DNA of 64,000 nucleotides from Neocallimastix sp. 'constans' (GCA_050613775.1 JBODTK010000138.1:310001-374000); one strand, 5' to 3'; positions 28,301-42,074 are shown, counted from the stretch's first letter. The notes: generated from the letters alone by a model not told the origin. Numbers and translations: made by a program.

Positions 28301-29385
28301 TTTACTGGTAATCGAACAATAATTCCTTCCGAGTATTCTTCATCTTGTGTTGCTAGTTGGATTCTTCCACGACTTTTTCCAACTGTTTCATATTCACCAG
28401 GTAATTTATCAAAATACTGCTTAGTAACGATGCTTAGGTTACTACAAGAATCAATTAAAAGTTTTCCTAGTACTCCGTCAACACTTGCATCAACCATTGC
28501 TAAGTCTTCTTCGGCTACTTCATTACTTTTACTTATGTAGCTATGATCATAGTTATTTACTAATAAAGTTCGTGCTATTACATTGTCTACAGTCCCAATT
28601 ATTTTAGACTTTTCTAACTTTAAACCTTGAGTTAATTGTGAACGAATTTTCGGACATGCATTCAAGAGTTGACCTATCGTAATACTGGATTTAAGATTAT
28701 TTAAATCATCCATAATATTGTAAGGTTCTTTATTATTCATCATTTTAATATTCCTTTTTACTAACTGAGTATTTCCATTATTAGTTTCTTTAGTTTTTGT
28801 TGAAATTAATTTTTCCAAAGTATTAGTTTTATTTTGTTGATTATCTTTATTCATTTCTAGATCTTCTATTTCATTATCGATTACGAGTATATCTTCAGAT
28901 TCAACTTTTTCCTTTCCTTTTGATGAATAATTGTTGTTTTCTTCTTTACTTTCTCTTACTCTTGTTATTTTTCTTAATTCCTTTTCTTTTTGTTTTTCTT
29001 TGTTAATATTTGGTTGAGTTAAAATTGAAGGAAGTATTTGATTTTTATAAACTTTATTTGGTTTATTATGTAGCTCATTTTCTTTCTTCTTTCTTAAAGC
29101 AGGAGTTGCGAAAGGACGTGGATTATCTTTTAAACTTTTATGTACTTTCTTGGAATTATTTTCTTCTTTTTCGCTGTTATTATCATTCATTTTTCTTTTT
29201 ATAGCATTTATAATGATATCATCCTCACTTTCAGTTGTGTCACTAAAATCAGATTCTTCAGATTCTTCATTAAAGGAATTATTATCAATTGGAGTATTCT
29301 TAGTAAAAGTATTATTTTGTAAATTATTTAATGAAGCTATTGTTTTGTCATTGGGAGTGCTTCTGCTCCCATTTAGAAGTTTAAA
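25375..29385 (-). CDS. pol: Gypsy Pol (protease, RT, RNase H, integrase with GPY/F motif), entered by -1 frameshift from gag
   Basis: ORF 25375-29190 stays open upstream to the slippery site at 29379-29385; LLIDSCSNLS protease; WRLCIDYR, LDLFSGFHQ, MPFGL, FIDDVLI RT; TDASYNGIGGVL, TDHKPL RNase H; H..GH..CEKC, LDIIGP, TDNG, NGLTE integrase; YNGPFKI; no chromodomain seen. Confidence 0.95.
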   Translation of the reverse strand, partial: FKLLNGSRSTPNDKTIASLNNLQNNTFTKNTPIDNNSFNEESEESDFSDTTESEDDIIINAIKRKMNDNNSEKEENNSKKVHKSLKDNPRPFATPALRKKKENELHNKPNKVYKNQILPSILTQPNINKEKQKEKELRKITRVRESKEENNNYSSKGKEKVESEDILVIDNEIEDLEMNKDNQQNKTNTLEKLISTKTKETNNGNTQLVKRNIKMMNNKEPYNIMDDLNNLKSSITIGQLLNACPKIRSQLTQGLKLEKSKIIGTVDNVIARTLLVNNYDHSYISKSNEVAEEDLAMVDASVDGVLGKLLIDSCSNLSIVTKQYFDKLPGEYETVGKSRGRIQLATQDEEYSEGIIVRLPVKINNYEFNADFRIIEKEDSFYDMLINFKTQIDHCLFIHPTLNSLCKLLSESEYEEIAKINNQYYDEESIICTIRKVKETNNEKEIIKELTPMEFIESDEFLSTLNKDYKEQIIKILKEMIDIVATSTEELTPSKLSPHKIRLKANAKPVKLRSYRLTKLKSDILKEELTKLIKKGLIEPSCSEWSSPVVLILKHNGKWRLCIDYRKVNDMTEKDSYSVPYIDEIFDSLGGSKIFTTLDLFSGFHQILMDEESVEVTTFTTKFGNYQFKVMPFGLTGAPSTFQREMNKILFPFIGEFVYVFIDDVLIYSKSIEEHLIHIKQVLEVFKENKLKINIEKCHFLQTEVDVLGHKLTTKGLSPMESKITAIKKWEAPSSLHELRSFLGAVGYYRDFIPKYAQITSPLCKLLKKNTKYEWNKEQQESFELLKEKLINAPILKFPSFDKPFIIRTDASYNGIGGVLLQKEEETGKEHPIHFISRSLKKAEKNYGITDLEGTALFYCMTKFKSYIEGNPLPTTIYTDHKPLVGLFKNKEPLNARQTRWCLTASMLGINIKYESGKKNVLADALSRMKSKEERKILLTKITNGNNEELLSKVIKEFINEKFTVIDGEDYFIDNGNYRKLITDENERFKLILEAHNIGHEGYYKTYQRLKKNFYWNHMIKDIKRIVSNCEKCQLNRPQPYPEPTENHPTKVEGPFVHLGLDIIGPLPKTRNNNQYIIVTVDYFTKWVEAEPTENITSSDIIKFLINVFARHGVPQVITTDNGVQFTSDMTKIFLDLYDVYVKFVATYHPESNGLTENRNKEIGKLLRLLGRKNQDWDEVLPSALWALRTTKNTATGHSSFELVYGREDQQPYDIAIRTIENAGKSYDEILMEKFVRHYQWTREACENVKNANKYWATRREEQISMKKGKELKAGDLVLVRNFSRTKLEPYYNGPFKILKIQFNTATLIDQKTGKQLDRNVHFKNLVKFNSAYREA
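29333..29385 (-). other. -1 programmed ribosomal frameshift signal (U UUA AAC plus H-type pseudoknot)
   Basis: Element-sense TCT TTA AAC TTC TAA A TGGGAG CA GAAGC A CTCCCA (14 nt) GCTTC; the -1 frame is the pol frame. Confidence 0.88.
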
Positions 29386-30284
29386 GACTTTTTGGAATAT
29401 ATTTCTTTTTTATTTTTTTCCATAATCTTATTTAATTGAGGGCAATAGTATGAGTAATGACCTTCTTCCTTACAGAAGAAGCAAGTTTTAACAGATAAAT
29501 TTCTCATTTTCTGGGTTGATTCTTCTATAATATCTTGAGGTTTCAGTTTATTATTTGTTTGACTTGTTTGGAAAGTTTCGTTTCTTCTTTTAGGATAAAG
29601 TCTTGAAGTAGTACTGTTTTGATTATTTTGATTATGCTGGGAATTATTAACATTATAGGTATTAATATTATTGTTCCTTACAGAAAGTCTATCTACTTTC
29701 TCGGCAATTTTGAAAGCTTTCTCCATACTTATATCATCTTTAAGGGATAATTTCTTCCAGGCTTCATAATTATTTTGAATAGAATCAATATAATCTAGTA
29801 CACCGATGCGCTTTCTTCTCTTTTTATCAAGTTTAGTGTACAAAGTTCTATATCTTACATTAAAGTCCTTAATCTTTTCGTTTCTTTTAATTCGCATTGC
29901 ACGAAGTTCTTTAAGAAGTAAATTTTGGTCTTCTTTAATACCGTAAAAATTTTCAAGACTTGAAATAATTTTTCCAAGAGAAGGAAATTTAATATCATCA
30001 TCAACATTTTCTTCTTCATCATGTTCTTCTTCTTCATCTGATGAATCATCACTTTCATCATCACTATCTTCTCCCAAATCTTCAATAACGCGTTGTACTT
30101 CACCAGAGCTGGTAAGTAAACAAGCATTAAATATTGTTTCTGGATCTGTGATACCTTGTATCTTGATCCAAAGTTTCAATTCAGTAGCCCAGGACTTAAT
30201 ATCTAAATTGTCCTTGCTAAGTTTCACAATATCTCTCAATTCTTTTTTCAATTCTTTAAAGCTCAAAGTTGTTTCTTTGGACAT
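29373..30284 (-). CDS. gag: Gypsy Gag with CCHC zinc knuckle
   Basis: First ATG at 30284 (MSKETT); major-homology-like IKRNEKIKDFNVRY; CFFCKEEGHYSYYC knuckle; stop 29373-29375. Confidence 0.9.
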   Translation of the reverse strand: MSKETTLSFKELKKELRDIVKLSKDNLDIKSWATELKLWIKIQGITDPETIFNACLLTSSGEVQRVIEDLGEDSDDESDDSSDEEEEHDEEENVDDDIKFPSLGKIISSLENFYGIKEDQNLLLKELRAMRIKRNEKIKDFNVRYRTLYTKLDKKRRKRIGVLDYIDSIQNNYEAWKKLSLKDDISMEKAFKIAEKVDRLSVRNNNINTYNVNNSQHNQNNQNSTTSRLYPKRRNETFQTSQTNNKLKPQDIIEESTQKMRNLSVKTCFFCKEEGHYSYYCPQLNKIMEKNKKEIYSKKSLNF

Positions 30285-30440
30285 TTTGTCTAAATATGAG
30301 GTGATTAAATACAAATAAATTTGGGAAATCCAACTTTCAAAATGTAATTTAATAGGTAATTTAATATCGAATCAATTTTTAAAACAATATATTTTAGTAA
30401 CTTTTGAAAATAATAATTTTATTTGCTTTCTTTAGTAGAT

Positions 30441-30633
30441 ATAAGCTCGAAATCCTTATCGACAACTTAGTAGAAATTATAAAGCACGAGGTTCTTTTCG
30501 ACTACTTTTTTAAGAATAATTTTAAGTTCGAAATCTTTATCGACAACTTAATAGAATAATTTTAAGTTCGAAATCTTTATCGACAACTTAATAGAATATT
30601 TTTCAAGCTCGAAATCTTTATCGACCACTTGAA
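30441..30633 (-). repeat. Array of five ~40-nt hairpin units in the gypsy 5' leader
   Basis: Plus-strand consensus AAGYWCGA-N8-TCGACHACTT starting at 30443, 30482, 30524, 30564 and 30605; copies 3 and 4 are identical. Confidence 0.85.
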
Positions 30634-31626
30634 TTTTGTAATTTAGTATATTTGTAGTAATAAATTTAGAAGCAAAGTTTTATTTATTATTTTCACCTTT
30701 CAAAAATTTTTCTTTTTAAACGATAAATATTGTATTGTTATAGCTAATAAAATTATTAATTAATTATAATTATTAAATACAAAAAAATAATCTTTATTGT
30801 CGTACAATCTGATAGTACACACTGTCTGACGTGCAGCTTACCTAATGGTGTCATGCCACGCGTGTGCCACGATTACTATATTCAATATAAAATATAGCAG
30901 TTCAGAGCCCACTAGCCCAATTACTATGTAGGATAAACTTAATCCGATAATCTATGTACGGAATAAAAAAATTTTAAAAGTATTCAATAATATTTTTATT
31001 AACTAATAAAAATTAACTAAAAACACAATATTTTCAAAGTAAATTAAGATTCTATTACAGGAATTATATAACAAATAAAGTACCAGTAATAAAAAAAAAT
31101 AAAAAAAATTTAAATGGCGAAGTTAGCCAAAGTCTGATACTTTATATAATAAAGTGCCTTATAACTAGCACAAAGAAAAGTAAAAAAAATTATATAAAAA
31201 AAACAATCTTACGCCTTCGGTGACGTAAGCTCCTTATTCGCCAGTGCTTGGAAAGTACCCGCACCTTCGTGTGTTGAAACGTTGAAGGTTGAACTATTAT
31301 TACCGGGTCGGTAACCAAATACCTTCGTCTACTTTCCAATTAATCTCCAAATTAACTACTATTCAATAACCTACTATGAATAGAGTTAATTTGTTGCTAT
31401 CTGAGAATACACTGTGTATGAGCTCTATCCGCTCCTTGTTATAATTTTACAAAATTTGTTTTTTTAGAATCTTAATTTTACTTATTTAAAAAAAATTTTT
31501 TTTATATATATATATCAAACAAGCGCCATGGGTTAATCAAAGGATTAACGACTTACTTGTTTATCAATATAAAATAAAAAAAAAATTAAAAAAAAATCTA
31601 TGTTATTTACTATTATTTCTATTTAA

Positions 31627-31645
31627 TTCCCCGATATCTCCACCA
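31627..31645 (-). other. Gypsy primer-binding site, tRNA-Ala type
   Basis: Element-sense TGGTGGAGATATCGGGGAA starts 6 nt after the 5' LTR; its complement ..TTCCCCGATATCTCCACCA resembles the tRNA-Ala 3' end (TCTCCACCA). Confidence 0.8.
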
Positions 31646-31651
31646 TATAAA

Positions 31652-31954
31652 TGTTAAGGTTTTAGAGAATTAAATAAAAATAAAGTAAGGAAACACAAAT
31701 TTTATTTATTTATTTATTATTTTTATTTATAAATTTATTTGATTTTATTTGATGATATTTAAAAATTAGTAGCAAAATTTACAACTATTTATACTTTTTT
31801 TTCAAGGCATAAAAGTTGTTCTTGCCACTAAATTACATTTTATTATTATTTTTCTTTTTATATATGAAACTATTAAATTTAAATTGATTTTTATAATCAA
31901 TTATATAAAATTTAATTATAACAATATAAATAAAATGCATTTATAATATTAATA

Positions 31955-32001
<47 letters not shown>

Positions 32002-32483
32002 CTATCTAAAATATTACTAATAAGAATTTATTTAATTGGCTAAAATTTTTATTACAATCTGTTAAAATATTCAAATAAAAATAAAAATACTATTCTAATA
32101 TAAAGGTTTTTAATAAAATAAAATATTTTTCAATATAAAATAAAACATTTCGATATAAAATTTTATAATAAAAAGTTAAAATATAATATATAAATTTTTA
32201 ATTATCAATATATAAAAATATTATTAATATAAATTTTCATTATTAATATAAAAAAAATAAGATTTATTATTAATATTGCTAATATAAGTTTTAAATATAT
32301 AAAAATATTACTATTAATATAAGATTTAATATAAAAATATAAAGTTTAATATAATTTTTGATTTAATTTTTGATCTTTGGATTTAAAAATTTATTAAAGT
32401 ACAAAAATAATAATGTACACATAATGTATTAGAAATAAATCGTAGATTTAATTAAGAATGCATTATTTAGTACATTCTTATCA
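31652..32483 (-). repeat. Gypsy 5' LTR (832 bp)
   Basis: Direct repeat of 24525-25356; element-sense TGATAAG...CTTAACA. Confidence 0.95.
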
Positions 32484-32487
32484 CACT

Positions 32488-32523
32488 GTAGAGGGCGGGG
32501 TTCGAATCCTTGGCATGGCACCA
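32488..32523 (+). ncRNA. 3' half of the tRNA-like SINE head (T arm, acceptor 3' strand, encoded CCA)
   Basis: GTAG AGGG CGGGG-TTCGAAT-CCTTG GCATGGC A CCA. Confidence 0.8.
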
Positions 32524-33194
32524 AATAATCGGATGAGGTTTCTATCCTGGGATATCATGAGACCACACGTGATGTCCATAAGGCTTTCCCTCAAATGATT
32601 ATTTCACCCAACCCTGATACTACGCTTTGAATTGAAGCATAGACCTTGATGATTGTAAAATTTCCAATCGCCAATGATTACACCCACTAGGGAGGAGTTA
32701 ATGGTTCCGTTCTGATGCTCGTGGTTATTAGAGATATATGTAGGAACGTTAGGAATGCATCTCCGGGCAGTGTGTAACGACGATTGAGAGCGGCGAAGCT
32801 GATACAGTATGCCAATAACTCATCACCTTACAGTTAATTAATAACTGTATGGCCATATGGGAGATGGGTACCCATATGTGCAAGTCTATGTTTACTAAGC
32901 AAATTAATAGTTTTATGTATCATACATTTTTTGAAATTTATTAAAAATATTAATTTAATTGTTAAAATAATTTATTTAGTTTAATTAAAATTTTTTTTTA
33001 TTTTCTAATTAATTAGATAAAAAAAAATAATTTTTTTTTTAAAAATAAATTTTAATAATATAATAATATTATTAAATATAAATAAATAAAATAAAATAAA
33101 TCATTTGTTAATTTTTAGAAAAAAAAAACTAAAGAAATATTGGCAATTTCATTTCTATAGTTTTAGCTTGAAATTATTTTATTAAAAAATCTTA

Positions 33195-34482
33195 ATGGTT
33201 ACTGAAACTGAATTGAAATTTGTGGAGTCACTTAGTGGCAATTTAGATAATGTCACTAATTATCTTATTATTGGGGAAAAAAAGTATATTTCAGGAGAAA
33301 TTAATCAACGTTTAAATTTAATCTTTTCAACTCAAGGGATAAATATTAATCAAGATTTATTAGAACCATTAAATGAAGATTCTTGCAAGTACATTAATCA
33401 ATATGTTAAAGTTGATTCGAAATTAGTTGAAATTGCCTTTGCTAAAATTGATTCTAGAAAATCCAGAAATTTAGGTGTATGTAGATTAACATTATATTTA
33501 TTTAATCTAAAGATACATATAATAATATATTGTTGCTTGTTTTGTATTAAATTATAAACATTAATAATAATATATTATTGTTTGATTATAATAAAAAAAA
33601 AAAAAAAAAGTGTAGATTAAAATTTACATTTAAAATTTATTAATAAATTAATTATTGATAATTATTTTTATATTTTTTATTTTAAAATTAGATTATTAGA
33701 TTTGATAGCGCAGCTGATATTGTATCAAGACATTTAAATAAAGATAAAAATTGCTGTGTTGTTGCTTTAATTGATAATGCTGACCAAGCAAGATCAATTG
33801 GTGCTGCTATTTCCAGAAAATATCCATTATATAACAGAAAAACTGGTGGAAAGAATATCAAAAGAACTATTGTTGTTAATTATGTTGTTAATGATAATAC
33901 AAAGGTTGACTATGAAGAAATTCAAGTTGTATCAAATGCTATCAGGTTTGCTTCTAGACTTGGGGATACTCCAGCAGAAGATATGAATCCTGTTCAAGGT
34001 TTGTAATAATATTTAATAATTATATGTTTAATTTTGATAAAAGATTTGTGTTTAAATTTAAGATTAAATTTAAATGTAAAACCTAAAAATTGAAATTTAA
34101 AATTTAAAATTTGAAATTTAATTTTTAAAATTAAAATTTATATATTATTAAAATTTAAAAAATGAAATATAATTTATTTGAAAATGAAAAAATATAAACG
34201 AAAATGTAAATGAAAAACAATAAAAAATAAATACTAGTTGTTAAGGAAAGTGAAGAAGTTATTTCACGTTTAAAGAAGCTTAATAAAGAAGTCAATATTA
34301 ATGTTATTAAGGGTGAAGAATTACAAAATTTAGGTTTTGGAGGTATTTATGGTGTAGGAAAAGGTTCCAAATTCCCACCAGCTTTAATTATTTTACAATA
34401 TACTAATTCTAAAAACACTAAATCCATTGCTTGGGTTGGTAAGGGTATTACTTTTGATACTGGTAAGTATTTTTTTTTAAAA

Positions 34483-34516
<34 letters not shown>

Positions 34517-35584
34517 AAATATATGTATAAATTATTAATATATATATAATAAATTAATAAGGGGGTCTTTGTATTAAGTCTAGAGATGGTATGTGTACGA
34601 TGAAACATGATATGGATGGTTCTGGTAGGTAGAAAAGAAAACAAAAAACGCATAAATAAATAATAAAAAAATAAAAAGAAAAGAACTATATATGTAAAGA
34701 ATTGTATTGATAATTTGCATTAATTTTATGTATTGATAATTATATATTAATAATTTTTTATAGCTGCTGTATTAGCTGCATTTGAAGCTGCTGTTTTATT
34801 AAATTTAGATATAAATGTTTATGGTATCTTATGTGTTGCTGAAAATACCCCAGGACAATTTTCATATCGTCCAGGTATTAATAAAATATTTTAATGAATA
34901 TATAAATTACATAATTAGATTTCCAAAACAATTAAACCCAAATAAAATAATAGTTATTGTTTTTAAAATGTTTAAATATTTAATTTAAATATTAATTTCA
35001 TATTTAATACAAATTATTATAATTTTAATATAGATGATATTCTTACTCTTTATAGTGGAAAAACTGTTGAAATTAATAATACTGATGCTGAAGGTAGATT
35101 AGTTTTAAGTGATGGTATTTGCTATGCTACTAGAAATTTAAAGGCTGATTACGTAATGGATATTTCTACTCTAACTGGTGCTCAAAGTTATGCAACTGGT
35201 GTCTATCATACAGGTGTATTAACTCCATCTGAAACTTTTGAAAAGCAAATTCTTGATGCTGGTAAAGTTAGCGGTGATTTATGTTATCCATTAATTTATT
35301 GTCCAGAATTCTTTGGAGTTGATAAACAGTATTATAGTTCTGTTGCTGATATGAAAAACAGTGTTAAAGCTAGAAATAATGCTGCCAGTTCTTGTGCTGG
35401 TCATTTCATTGAAGAACATCTTGATAAGGAATGGGTTGAAAACCAACGTAGTAAATATGGTGATGAACAATATATGTGGGCTCATTTAGATATTGCTTTT
35501 CCAGCTCTTGATTCAAATGATAGAGCTACTGGATGTGGTGTTCCATTATTTATTGAAGTAGCTAAGAAAATAATTCAATCTTAA
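33195..35584 (+). CDS. M17 leucyl aminopeptidase (NPEPL1-like; multi-exon)
   Basis: GFGGIYGVGKG, AWVGKGITFDTGGLCIK..MKHDM, NNTDAEGRLVLSDG, DISTLTGAQ, SSVADMKNS, WAHLDIA, RATGCGV. Confidence 0.92.
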
Positions 35585-35711
35585 TAAATTAATTGAATAG
35601 ATTCAAAAAATCTTTATGTAAAATAAAATAATAAATAAATAAAAAATAAATAAATAAATAAATAACAACAACAACAACAACAACAAAAAAAAAAATAATG
35701 CAAAATTAAAT

Positions 35712-35763
<52 letters not shown>

Positions 35764-35914
35764 CATATATAATCAAAAAACAAAAATAAAAAATAAAATT
35801 CTAAAGTAAAAATTAATAAATATTTTATTATTATTATCTTTTCTTTTTGTATGTGTGTATGTGTTTTATTAATAAATAATTTTAAATAAGTTTATTTCAA
35901 AAAATAGTAATATC

Positions 35915-35968
<54 letters not shown>

Positions 35969-36126
35969 GATATATTGAAATTTTAATAATTTAAATATTA
36001 TAAAAAATAAAAAAAAAAAAAAAAATGTATAAAAATTTTATTTATTGATTTTAAATATATTTTATTATTTTAATTTATTTTTATTGATAATAATTATTAT
36101 TATGATTTTTTTTTTTTATTTTAATT

Positions 36127-41473
<5,347 letters not shown>

Positions 41474-41847
41474 TTTGAATAATTATTAAATAGTATGGAC
41501 ACTCAATTGAATTTTTTTTTTTTGTTTAAAATAAAAAAAAAAAGAAAAAAAGAAGGAAAGAACTATATATACAAAAACTTTAAAAATAAATTATTTATTT
41601 ATAATATTTCATTTAATATTTAAAATTCTTTAGATATTAATTTAATATGCTTTATTATTTGTACACTTTTGATATTTAATATTAAATTAGTTTTATTGAT
41701 TTAAATATTAATTATATTTAAATAAAAACAAAAATTTAATAAAAAAAAAAAAAAAAAAAATTTATATAATTTTTTATACATTTTTATTTCAAATATAGAT
41801 TAGATAAAAAAAATTTTTTCTAATTTTTTTTTTTTTTTTTAAATCTG

Positions 41848-41919
<72 letters not shown>

Positions 41920-42074
41920 CAAAAATTAACTATTTTATTTATAAAATATTAATTATGGATTTAAATATTATGTGTTTTTTTATTAACTCAAGAAGGACAC
42001 TGAATATAATTAATTAATAATTTAATTATATATTTTAATTATAAGAAATGAGTAATATATTATGATTAAACCAA

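Larger units (their letters stand above)
24525..32483 (-). mobile_element. Full-length Ty3/gypsy LTR retrotransposon, very recent insertion
   Basis: 832-bp LTRs 24525-25356 and 31652-32483 with TG..CA ends; 4-bp TSD CACT (24521-24524 / 32484-32487); gag plus pol in PR-RT-RH-IN order. Confidence 0.97.
24486..32891 (+). mobile_element. tRNA-derived SINE (~443 nt when reconstituted), split by the gypsy insertion into 24486-24524 and 32488-32891
   Basis: 17-bp TSD TTACTAAGCAAATTAAT at 24469-24485 and 32892-32908; tRNA-like head with A box TGGTCCAGTCGG (24493-24504), B box GGTTCGAATCC (32499-32509) and encoded CCA (32521-32523); ~370-nt comparatively GC-rich body with no run of four T. Confidence 0.85.

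Noticed and set aside
30441..30633. CRISPR-like array (palindromic repeats with ~40-nt period)
   Set aside because: The inter-repeat segments are short and similar to each other rather than unique spacers; no cas genes; eukaryotic retroelement leader context
30315..31626. Extra ORF or env-like gene in the gypsy element
   Set aside because: No ORF of 60 aa or more in the leader, and pol ends 18 nt from the 3' LTR
24486..32523. Functional tRNA gene (e.g. Asp-GTC) disrupted by the gypsy element
   Set aside because: The reconstituted anticodon loop is 6 nt with no U33, CCA is encoded, no T-run terminator follows, and a 17-bp TSD encloses a further 370 nt; a SINE head fits better
32700..32810. 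Hammerhead or HDV-like ribozyme in the SINE body (CTGATG.., GGCGAA)
   Set aside because: No complete CUGAUGA/GAAA core and no consistent P1-P2-P3 nested pseudoknot could be built by eye; left to an Rfam scan
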